IMG/VR virus record: IMGVR_UViG_3300011335_000173
Location: 1-24,740 of that record
Length of the DNA stretch: 24,740 bases
Strand: one strand, 5' to 3'
Source: a virus
Lineage: Duplodnaviria > Caudoviricetes
The notes beneath the pieces were generated by a model. It made no database searches. It was not told the DNA's origin and was given only the letters and a program-made list of their open reading frames with translations. Made by a program: the position numbers and the translations under genes. Below, in pieces: positions 8,878 through 16,259 of this stretch. How positions within the stretch are numbered: the stretch's first letter is position 1; each line of letters opens with the position of its first letter.

Positions 8878-9020
8878 CATTAGAAGAACTAATTAGCGCG
8901 ATTGAACGTTTGCAAACCGTTTACAACTCAATGGTTGAAGAAGATCAGCGCGAAGCAAAACAGTACGTGCGCTGGGCAATCAAGCGTCTGGCTGACAAGG
9001 CGTATATGGCTGCGTTATGA
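8874..9020 (+). CDS. 48-aa helical hypothetical protein (genome A only), not in the ORF track
   Basis: MTLEELISAIERLQTVYNSMVEEDQREAKQYVRWAIKRLADKAYMAAL*; ATGA overlaps on both sides. Confidence 0.7.
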   Translation: MTLEELISAIERLQTVYNSMVEEDQREAKQYVRWAIKRLADKAYMAAL

Positions 9021-9361
9021 AGATTGACCCAAAGATCAGCGAAGCCGACTTTAAGGACATGGTGATCAGTATTGCCAAACGGTATGGCTGGTTAGTCCAT
9101 CACGATCTGCCGGCACAGAACACTCGAGGCAAATGGTTGACCAATGTTCAGGGTGATGCAGGGTTTCCTGATCTGTTCATGGTGCACCCGTTTCAAGGTG
9201 GTAGGCCGTTGGTGATAGAACTGAAAGCCGAAAAAGGGAAGGTAACACCTGGGCAAAAGATTTGGTTAAATGCTTGCGAGATGGCAGGTTGTCATGCAGC
9301 TGTGTGGAAGCCCAGCGACATGGAATACATCCTGTACACGTTAAGCAACCCGAGAGCGTAA
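9017..9361 (+). CDS. VRR-NUC domain nuclease (PD-(D/E)xK, resolvase-like)
   Basis: GFPDL...IELKAEKGKVTPGQKIWL motif. Confidence 0.85.
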   Translation: MKIDPKISEADFKDMVISIAKRYGWLVHHDLPAQNTRGKWLTNVQGDAGFPDLFMVHPFQGGRPLVIELKAEKGKVTPGQKIWLNACEMAGCHAAVWKPSDMEYILYTLSNPRA

Positions 9362-9582
9362 ACAATCGGCTAGTAGCACGACCTAAGCCATTCGCACGGC
9401 AGTTGGTGACACACGGAAACGTGGGTAGATCGGCGCGTCCCGAATCATGCAAGACGAAATGAAACGGGCGAAGCGTCGAGGCGAGCCGTAAACATAATCG
9501 GCTAGTGAGTGCAAAGGGAACCAGGATGGGCAATCTGGTGGGTGGAGCATTCACACACATATGTTTCATTGGTTCGCATAAG
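9362..9582 (+). ncRNA. Candidate structured non-coding RNA of unrecognised class (copy A)
   Basis: Intergenic; conserved with 24103-24324 with compensatory changes in six helices; G-U pairs and a GAAA loop favour the + strand. Confidence 0.75.
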
Positions 9583-9599
9583 GTAAAGGTTGATAAATA

Positions 9600-9694
9600 A
9601 AAACACACAGACACGGAGACACACACATGAGTCCGACATCATCACAAGGACAAGGCGCGCAAGCGCCGCGTCAGCGCAAGCGGAGCGCGCGAGC
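9600..9694 (+). other. AC-rich tract and GNA/GNRA-loop hairpin cassette (candidate ssDNA signal/origin, or 3' part of the RNA)
   Basis: GAC-aa-GGCGC-GCAA-GCGCC-gc-GTC (9649-9672) and GCGGAGC (9680-9686); covarying copy at 24390-24426. Confidence 0.5.
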
Positions 9695-11437
9695 ATGACA
9701 CGCAAACTAACCGAACACGACACAGCAATTTACAAACAGGCCAGAGCAGAACTACTGCGCGACCAACCACTCTGCCATTGGTGCAAACGCAACACAGCAA
9801 CAGAACTAGACCACCTAGTTGAAGCAGACAAAGGTGGAACAATAGAAGACGGATACGTTGCAGCATGCAAACCATGCAACAGCGCTCGAGGCGCCACATA
9901 CCGAAACAAAAAACTTGCACAAGCAAAACAAAACCGTGAGAAAGCAATAAACGATTTTTTATACGCAACCGAGATGCCCCCGAGCCCATCGTTCTTTTTC
10001 TCCCCGAACGACGACGACCAGCCCGAACTGGCTGCGATCGGTCATGACCAGCCGAGACTGGCAACGATTAGCCCGGATCAGCTTGGATCGCATGTTGAGT
10101 CTGTGGTGGAGTGGGCTCGCAAGTTCATGCAGATTGAATTGATGGAGTGGCAAATCTCAGCATTGAGAAACCAACTTGCATTCTCTGATGAGGCTGGCGT
10201 TGAGCTTGTGACTCGGACCTCATTGGTCTCATGCGCGCGCCAACAGGGAAAATCAGTTGCTCTTCGAGCTCTATCTGGCTGGTGGCTTACCGAGATGCCA
10301 AAGATCCGTGGAGAGAAACAAACCGTGCTCTTGATGGCACACCGACTTGATTCCGCTGCACAGATTTATGAAGAAATTGCCGACATCCTTGAGCAATACT
10401 TTGGCGCAAAACTTACGCGCTCATACGGTCGTCTAGCTGCAAAACTTCCAGACGGATCCAAGCTTCTAGTCCGATCCGCCAAGCCCAATGCAGCGCACGG
10501 TCTTTCGGTAGATCTTGCGCTTGTAGACGAAGTGTGGGGAATTGACGAAGAAGTGATTGACGGTGGCATCACGCCAACTATGCGCGCACGACGCTTTCCA
10601 CTTCTCAGCATGTGGTCCACTGCCGGCACCGAAGAATCCAAGGTCATGATGCGCTACCGAGAGATGGGTCTTCGTCTGATTGACACACATCAGCCGACAA
10701 ACTTCCACTTTCGTGAATGGTCTCCGCCACCAGATCTTGATCCGATGGATCCGATTGCATGGGCATATGCGAACCCTGCGCTCGGCAAGACGCTCGAGAT
10801 GTCCACTATCGAGTCAGAAGCACAGCTCCCCGACCGCGCATCCTTCCTCAGAAGTAGCGTAAATCTTTGGATAGCAACTGACCGAAGTTGGCTACCACAG
10901 GGTCTCTGGTCGCAGCTTGTCACTTCTGAGCCACTTCCAGCTGGGGGAGTGGTTGCCGTTGAGGTGGATTTCAACGACTCGCACTACTACGCCACAAGAT
11001 CAGTGCTTTTGCCGGACGGTCGGATCGGGGTCACGGTCGCGTTCACTTGTGACACACAGACACAGCTCTGGGATCACATTGCCAACCTTGCCAAAGATCC
11101 GAGCATCCAGTTCGCGCTCACTCCAACGATTGATCTCCAATGCCCACCATCCATTGAGCGTCGGCGTGTCGTAGTTGGTTATGCAGAGATCTTGAAATGG
11201 ACACCAGCGGTCCAAGGATTGATCCGTGAACGACAGATCGTCCACACAGGAGAAATGGCATTAGCAGAGCATGTCGTGCGCGCAGTTTCAGTTCGGACAC
11301 AAGGCTCTATTGCTGTGAGCTCTCAGCGTTCGCCCGGACCCATCGAGCTTTGCAGGACGATGATCTTCTCAAGCGCGATCGTTGCCGGCAACAAACACAG
11401 CCGAGGGAAGCCACAGCTCGTCGTTGTTGCCAACTAA
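9695..11437 (+). CDS. terL: HNH endonuclease-terminase large subunit fusion
   Basis: Likely start ATG 9695; CHWC...DH...CKPCNSARG HNH domain; Walker A ARQQGKS, Walker B LALVDE and STAG coupling motif in one uninterrupted frame. Confidence 0.9.
   Translation: MTRKLTEHDTAIYKQARAELLRDQPLCHWCKRNTATELDHLVEADKGGTIEDGYVAACKPCNSARGATYRNKKLAQAKQNREKAINDFLYATEMPPSPSFFFSPNDDDQPELAAIGHDQPRLATISPDQLGSHVESVVEWARKFMQIELMEWQISALRNQLAFSDEAGVELVTRTSLVSCARQQGKSVALRALSGWWLTEMPKIRGEKQTVLLMAHRLDSAAQIYEEIADILEQYFGAKLTRSYGRLAAKLPDGSKLLVRSAKPNAAHGLSVDLALVDEVWGIDEEVIDGGITPTMRARRFPLLSMWSTAGTEESKVMMRYREMGLRLIDTHQPTNFHFREWSPPPDLDPMDPIAWAYANPALGKTLEMSTIESEAQLPDRASFLRSSVNLWIATDRSWLPQGLWSQLVTSEPLPAGGVVAVEVDFNDSHYYATRSVLLPDGRIGVTVAFTCDTQTQLWDHIANLAKDPSIQFALTPTIDLQCPPSIERRRVVVGYAEILKWTPAVQGLIRERQIVHTGEMALAEHVVRAVSVRTQGSIAVSSQRSPGPIELCRTMIFSSAIVAGNKHSRGKPQLVVVAN
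9955..10006. other. Putative cos site / A-B junction inside the HNH-TerL linker
   Basis: T-tract, GCCCCCGAGCCC core, pyrimidine tract; the window ends at the homologous position in B; composition switches in this neighbourhood. Confidence 0.5.
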
Positions 11438-11446
11438 GATACGCGC

Positions 11447-11499
11447 GGAGTCGCGTGTCAAACCTTTCGTCGGAGAAGGTTCCCCCGATGCGCGACTCC
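11447..11499 (+). promoter_or_regulatory. Long intergenic stem-loop between terL and portal
   Basis: GGAGTCGCG/CGCGACTCC outer stem and AACCTT/AAGGTT inner stem; no U-tract. Confidence 0.6.
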
Positions 11500-11534
11500 A
11501 CCAAAAGCCGACCCATCTATGGAAGAGTAAAGAC

Positions 11535-12638
11535 ATGGCATTATTCGAGCGCAAAGTATCTAAAGCTGCAATCTCTGAGCCAGTAGGCAAAGCAGCTGCA
11601 GCAGGTGGTGGATACACCGGTCAATCAATGATTGGCGCTTACTACACCTACCAAGAAGGCGAAGCGCGTAATCGCGCAATGAGTGTTCCAGCAATTTCAC
11701 GCGCACGCGATCTCATGGCATCAGTGATCTCTTGTATGCCGTTGATCATGTACAAAGAAACATGGAACGAACAAACACAAGAAATGGACACCACTCGACT
11801 TGCTCCGCGCAGCTGGCTCCGTCGCATGTCGCCATCCATCCCAAACTCCACACTCCTCAGCTGGTTATTCGACGATATTTTTTTCTATGGTGTGGGCTAC
11901 CTTGCCATTACAGCGAGGACTCAAGATGGCTATCCCTCGGAGTTCGAGCGTCTTCCAGCCGGATCCATCACTCGTCGCGATCAGTCAGGTCCCGTCTTCT
12001 TTGCACCATCCAAAGAGCTCTACTTCCTCGGACAAGAACTTGACTACCGCAATGTCGTGCAATTCATCTCAGGCATCCAAGGCATTATCTATCAATCGCC
12101 CGGAGTAGTAAATACAGCACTCAAGCTGGAGTCAAGCAGGTACAGGAATGCGGAATCGCTGATTCCGTCTGGCGTGCTCCGGCAGACCGGCGGCGAGCCC
12201 TTGAGTCCCTCTGAGCTCAGCGCAATCGGCGCGCAGTTCGAGTCGGCGCGCAAACTCAATCAGATCGCTGTTCTCAATGAGTTCCTATCCTTCGAGCCAT
12301 CACAAGCAACACCAGACAAGATGCTCCTCATTGACGCTGCAAACTATCAAGCACTTGAATGTGCGCGACTAACCAATGTTCCGCCATACCTAGTCGGCGT
12401 GAGCACAGGATCATACTCGTACCAGTCATCACAGCAAGCACGCGCGGACCTTTACATCTTCGGCGTGAAGGCTTACGCGGAATGCATCGCCAACACACTC
12501 TCGATGGATAATGTATTGCCAAGAGGAACGATGGTGAAGTTCGACGCTCACGAATATCTCGAAGAAAATTATCTTGCCGACACAATGGACAGAGAAGACA
12601 TGCCGGAAGAAAACACACAAGAGGAAATCGCATCATGA
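11535..12638 (+). CDS. Portal protein (HK97 family)
   Basis: Likely start ATG 11535; AMSVPAISRARDLMASVI, PSGVL and ARLTNVPPYLVG motifs; lies between terL and the protease. Confidence 0.9.
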   Translation: MALFERKVSKAAISEPVGKAAAAGGGYTGQSMIGAYYTYQEGEARNRAMSVPAISRARDLMASVISCMPLIMYKETWNEQTQEMDTTRLAPRSWLRRMSPSIPNSTLLSWLFDDIFFYGVGYLAITARTQDGYPSEFERLPAGSITRRDQSGPVFFAPSKELYFLGQELDYRNVVQFISGIQGIIYQSPGVVNTALKLESSRYRNAESLIPSGVLRQTGGEPLSPSELSAIGAQFESARKLNQIAVLNEFLSFEPSQATPDKMLLIDAANYQALECARLTNVPPYLVGVSTGSYSYQSSQQARADLYIFGVKAYAECIANTLSMDNVLPRGTMVKFDAHEYLEENYLADTMDREDMPEENTQEEIAS

Positions 12639-14221
12639 TCCAATTCACAGCTCAATCAGTCAGCATCGATGCAGCTGGACCAGACGGTCAGCCACGACGC
12701 ACCATCACCGGCATTGCAGTTCCCTATGGCGTAGAAGCGACCGTTTCGGACGGGACATCGGTCCGCGTACTCGAGGGAGCTCTTCCAGTTGATGGCAAGG
12801 CTCCTCGTCTGCTTCTCAATCATTCGACAGATCAGGCGATCGGCATCGTCACAGCACGCCAATCCACGCCAGACGGGATGCTCTTCACAGCCAAGATCAG
12901 CGACACCCAGATGGGAACCGAAGCGCTCACTCTCATGAAAGACGGAGTTCTTGATTCAGTTTCAATTGGAATTACCCCGACACAGTTCAGCTACGACGAA
13001 GCCGGAACGATGGAGATCCGCGCTGCTATTTGGAGCGAGTTGTCGGTCGTCGCAATCCCAGCATTTGCAGGAGCTCAGATCACAGAAATCGCTGCGAGTA
13101 TCCACCAACCAGATCCCGAAATAAGCAATACTCAAGAAGTAGTCCAAGAACAGGAGCAAGAAATGTCAGAAGCAACCGAAGTACAAGCACCAGTCGAGGC
13201 ATCAATCCCGACCCCAATGTTCGCATCAGCAAAGCGTGAGCCACGCTTGCCAAGTGCAGCAGAGTTTGTTGCAGCAATGCACAAGGGCGGAGAAGTTGCA
13301 GCCAACGCAAACCGCGTATGGAACGATTACCGCGCCTATCACAGATCAGATATCGAAGCAGCAGCTGGAGACAATGTGCTCAGCAATGATGCCGGTATAG
13401 TCCCTGTTCCAATTTTGGGACCTGTCTTCGCGGATATCAACTACATCGCTCCAGTGTTGAATGCACTTGGTACACGCGCGATGCCAAACGGCAACAGCGG
13501 TGCAACCTTCATTCGCCCAACTTGGACGACTCACCCAACGGTCGCACAGCAATCAACCGAACTCACAGCAGTATCGGCAACGACTGCCGTGATTGCAGCG
13601 AACACGGTTAGCAAAGTGACCTTTGCCGGTCAAGCACAGCTCTCGTATCAGGTAATTGACTTTACCGATCCGAACGCAATGCAAATCATCATCCAAGATC
13701 TTGCTGGTCAGTACCTCACCGCAATTGACAACTACGCTGCAGACAACTTGCTTGCAGCAGCATCGTCAGATGGCGTGTGGGACCTAACCCCAGAAGACTT
13801 GATGAAGTCAATCTACGATGCAGCAGTAACGATCTCTGCAGCAACGAACTACTTGCCGACTCACATGTTTGTGGACCCAGCAACTTGGGCTCTTATGGGT
13901 CAGCTTGTAGATACCACGAAGCGTCCAATCTTTCCAGCACTCGGTGCACCGGGATTGAACGGTCAGAACTCACTCGGCGCAGGCTCAGCTGCATCATGGT
14001 CAGGCATGAACCCACTCGGTCTTGAGATTGTTGTGGACAACAAGTTCGCTGCCAAGACCATGGTCATCATGAACAAGAACGCATTCGAGATCTACCGTCA
14101 GGATCGTGGCTTGCTCAGCGTGGAAGTTCCTTCAACCTTGGGTCGTCAGATGAGCGTGTTCGGATATGCAGCAACATTCGCTGCAAACTCGAGCATGATT
14201 CGCAAGATCACACAGGCTTAG
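12635..14221 (+). CDS. Prohead protease-major capsid protein fusion (HK97 fold)
   Basis: N-terminal ITGIAVPYG, LLLNH, SVSIG and ELSVV protease motifs; acidic linker; HK97-like capsid C-terminal domain. Confidence 0.9.
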   Translation: MIQFTAQSVSIDAAGPDGQPRRTITGIAVPYGVEATVSDGTSVRVLEGALPVDGKAPRLLLNHSTDQAIGIVTARQSTPDGMLFTAKISDTQMGTEALTLMKDGVLDSVSIGITPTQFSYDEAGTMEIRAAIWSELSVVAIPAFAGAQITEIAASIHQPDPEISNTQEVVQEQEQEMSEATEVQAPVEASIPTPMFASAKREPRLPSAAEFVAAMHKGGEVAANANRVWNDYRAYHRSDIEAAAGDNVLSNDAGIVPVPILGPVFADINYIAPVLNALGTRAMPNGNSGATFIRPTWTTHPTVAQQSTELTAVSATTAVIAANTVSKVTFAGQAQLSYQVIDFTDPNAMQIIIQDLAGQYLTAIDNYAADNLLAAASSDGVWDLTPEDLMKSIYDAAVTISAATNYLPTHMFVDPATWALMGQLVDTTKRPIFPALGAPGLNGQNSLGAGSAASWSGMNPLGLEIVVDNKFAAKTMVIMNKNAFEIYRQDRGLLSVEVPSTLGRQMSVFGYAATFAANSSMIRKITQA

Positions 14222-14225
14222 TCGA

Positions 14226-14242
14226 GAGCGGAGCTTCCGCTC
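14226..14242 (+). promoter_or_regulatory. Hairpin between the capsid stop and the adaptor ATG (GAGCGGA-GCT-TCCGCTC)
   Basis: 7-bp stem abutting ATG 14243; equivalent to 72-86. Confidence 0.55.
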
Positions 14243-14872
14243 ATGGCAACCTACAGCGTTACCTTCAAGTACCTACTGGATAACTACGCCGTACTGCAAC
14301 TCCTCACACCGAGCGAGATTGCAGTCGGCGAATCCATCACGGTCGCATCAGTTGATGCAACATTCAACGGCACATACACCGTCTATGCGTTGCCAGAGTT
14401 TGAGTACCTTGGCATCGACAGCGAAGGCGATCTGCTTTACGACTTCAATGTTTCGATTCCGAATCAGGTTCTCTACGCCAAGACCGCAAGCGATGTCTCG
14501 CGTGTAGCTGCGACCGGCACGGTCACATACACACAGACCTGCACATGGATTACTCAACAGAATGTCCTCGACTGGCTCGGCATCTCCGTCGCTACGGCTG
14601 GCGATCAGGCTTTCGTGACAACTTGTGCAGCTGCATCGAATGCCTTCTGCAGTAGGCGCAGAGCCGAGGCAGGATACACAGGGGACTCGCTCACAACCGT
14701 GCCATCGCAAGATGTCTATTTAGGAACCGTGATGTATGCAGGAATGTTGTACAAGAGCCGTGGGACCGTGGATGTTTTTTCTAGTTATCAAGACATGGGT
14801 CAGACACCAGTAGTCGGAATGAACGGACAGATTAAACAACTCCTCGGCATTGATCGCCCAGCCTGCGCATGA
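14243..14872 (+). CDS. Head-tail adaptor/connector (genome B)
   Basis: Homolog of 87..719. Confidence 0.7.
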   Translation: MATYSVTFKYLLDNYAVLQLLTPSEIAVGESITVASVDATFNGTYTVYALPEFEYLGIDSEGDLLYDFNVSIPNQVLYAKTASDVSRVAATGTVTYTQTCTWITQQNVLDWLGISVATAGDQAFVTTCAAASNAFCSRRRAEAGYTGDSLTTVPSQDVYLGTVMYAGMLYKSRGTVDVFSSYQDMGQTPVVGMNGQIKQLLGIDRPACA

Positions 14873-15234
14873 CAGTCTCCAACTACACCGACCTATTCAA
14901 CAATGCGATGAGCGCGTTGGGAACGAAACTGGCAACCGCAACTGGCTTGCAAGTAGTCACGGATCCACGCAATTTGCGTCCGCCGTGCGTCTTCATATCA
15001 GCACCATCATTCACGATGTGGAACTACAACATTGCCAAGATGACATTCCCCGTCCAGATCATCTCAATGGGTCCGGGCAACTCTGACGCTTTGGGTAACA
15101 TTCTCAACATGGCTGCATCTGTAATGACCGCGAATGTCGGAGCGACATCAGGATCCCCGACCAGCGTGGATGTCGGTGGCGTAGTCCTGCCGGCATACGA
15201 AATGATGATTGAAATACAGGCGCAAACCGCATGA
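14869..15234 (+). CDS. Tail completion/terminator-like protein (genome B)
   Basis: Homolog of 719..1081 (YTDLFN, GPG). Confidence 0.55.
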   Translation: MTVSNYTDLFNNAMSALGTKLATATGLQVVTDPRNLRPPCVFISAPSFTMWNYNIAKMTFPVQIISMGPGNSDALGNILNMAASVMTANVGATSGSPTSVDVGGVVLPAYEMMIEIQAQTA

Positions 15235-15407
15235 GCTTCGTCATCGCATCCGAGCGTCTAGGCAAGATCGGTGATCCGTTCACGCCGAAGGATGGCATCA
15301 ACATTGACGGTCTGCTTGCTGGTGGTTTTATTGTGCGCGCCGAAGTATCAACCACAGAAGAAGAAAAACCTGCTAAAACTAAACCTAAGAAAGCATCCAA
15401 GGAGTAA
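15231..15407 (+). CDS. 58-aa hypothetical protein with a Lys-rich tail (genome B only), not in the ORF track
   Basis: MSFVIASERLGKIGDPFTPKDGINIDGLLAGGFIVRAEVSTTEEEKPAKTKPKKASKE*; ATGA-coupled, and its end contains the RBS of the tail gene. Confidence 0.75.
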   Translation: MSFVIASERLGKIGDPFTPKDGINIDGLLAGGFIVRAEVSTTEEEKPAKTKPKKASKE

Positions 15408-15409
15408 TC

Positions 15410-15817
15410 ATGGCAACCAGTACTTATCTCAGCTCACCGGTCGTTACCGTCAATAGCGTAGATCTCAGCGATCAGTGCACCGGCGCGACTGTGAACATCA
15501 ACTACGACCAGCTTGAAGCAACCGCTTTCGGCGACACATCACGCAAGTATGTGTCAGGACTCGGATCACACTCAGTTACACTCGACTTCTACGCAAGCTT
15601 TGCAGCAACCGAAACTTGGGCAACGCTCAAGAGTCTGGTCGGCACTTCCACCAATGTGATTGTGAAGCCAACGACCGGAGCAGATTCGGCAACGAACCCG
15701 GGCTTGACTTTCACTGGAACATTCTTGGCAGCTCTGCCAGTAGTCACATCTTTGGGTGCTCTCGGGACGATCTCGGTGACATTCAATGGTGGTGTCTACA
15801 CATCTGACGAAAGCTAA
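15410..15817 (+). CDS. Major tail protein (genome B)
   Basis: Homolog of 1138..1566 (STYLS, LEATAFG, TNPG). Confidence 0.8.
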   Translation: MATSTYLSSPVVTVNSVDLSDQCTGATVNINYDQLEATAFGDTSRKYVSGLGSHSVTLDFYASFAATETWATLKSLVGTSTNVIVKPTTGADSATNPGLTFTGTFLAALPVVTSLGALGTISVTFNGGVYTSDES

Positions 15818-15857
15818 TAACTGACCGCGCACCGGTCCGACACGAAAGCGAGAAGAA

Positions 15858-16145
15858 ATGAAGCTGCACCTAAAGGTGACAGAAGCAGGCAAAGACCCAT
15901 ACGAAGTGACTACCAATTTGGTCACATTGGTTGCATGGGAACGAAGGTTCAAGCGTAAAGCGTCAGACATGGCAAACGGTATCGGTGTCGAGGATCTCGC
16001 GTTCTTAGCGTGGGAAGCATCCAAGCAAGCCAAGATCGTAGTGCCGGGAGAGTTTGACAAGTTTATTGCAAAGCTCGATGCCGTTGAGGTGGTTGCTGAG
16101 GAAATTGAAAACCCTATCCTCGCGGAACTCACCGAAGGCTCTTAG
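15858..16145 (+). CDS. Tail assembly chaperone (genome B)
   Basis: Homolog of 1596..1895 (TNL...WER). Confidence 0.75.
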   Translation: MKLHLKVTEAGKDPYEVTTNLVTLVAWERRFKRKASDMANGIGVEDLAFLAWEASKQAKIVVPGEFDKFIAKLDAVEVVAEEIENPILAELTEGS

Positions 16146-16255
16146 CAGAATTGCTAGTTGCTCTTTCGTGGGCTCCGCGCTTTTACGAAGAGGAGTTTGA
16201 CACCGCCGACCTACTCACTGTCACTACTGTGTTAGAGGAAAGAAACAGGAAGTGA
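16109..16255 (+). CDS. -1 frameshift extension of the tail assembly chaperone (genome B), not in the ORF track
   Basis: A AAC CCT at 16109-16115; the -1 frame reads KPYPRGTHRRLLAELLVALSWAPRFYEEEFDTADLLTVTTVLEERNRK* and has a TGA immediately upstream. Confidence 0.8.
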   Translation, partial: KPYPRGTHRRLLAELLVALSWAPRFYEEEFDTADLLTVTTVLEERNRK

Positions 16256-16259
16256 GAAC

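Larger units (their letters stand above)
1..9980 (+). mobile_element. Mini-siphophage genome A (partial; begins in the 3' end of the capsid gene and ends at a putative cos site)
   Basis: Contiguous head-tail, tail, lysis, recombination and HNH genes, each paralleled in 14243-24740. The right boundary is inferred from the GGCC-usage switch and from the window end. Confidence 0.8.

Noticed and set aside
9364-9506. 11-bp direct repeat AATCGGCTAGT as an att site or CRISPR-like repeat
   Set aside because: Only two copies, and the second changes to AATCGACTGAT in B in step with its pairing partner, so it is better explained as a stem arm.
9362-9582. Group I/II intron, tRNA or tmRNA
   Set aside because: It interrupts no ORF, and I could not find P7 R/S elements in order, a domain V, a cloverleaf or a tag reading frame. 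A covariance search is needed to exclude these formally.
9590-9694. N-terminal extension of HNH-TerL from the ORF-track start at 9590
   Set aside because: Not conserved as protein in B, where the homologous ATG is 24436; the region is conserved as nucleotide structure.
9362-9900. HEARO/omegaRNA with IscB-like RNA-guided nuclease (structured RNA next to an HNH gene)
   Set aside because: The HNH is a short gp74-like domain fused to TerL; I see no split RuvC motifs, PLMP N-terminus or transposon ends. An RNA-HNH partnership remains only a hypothesis.
11382-11534. N-terminal extension of the portal in the ORF track
   Set aside because: It overlaps terL and a strong hairpin; ATG 11535 gives a normal portal start.
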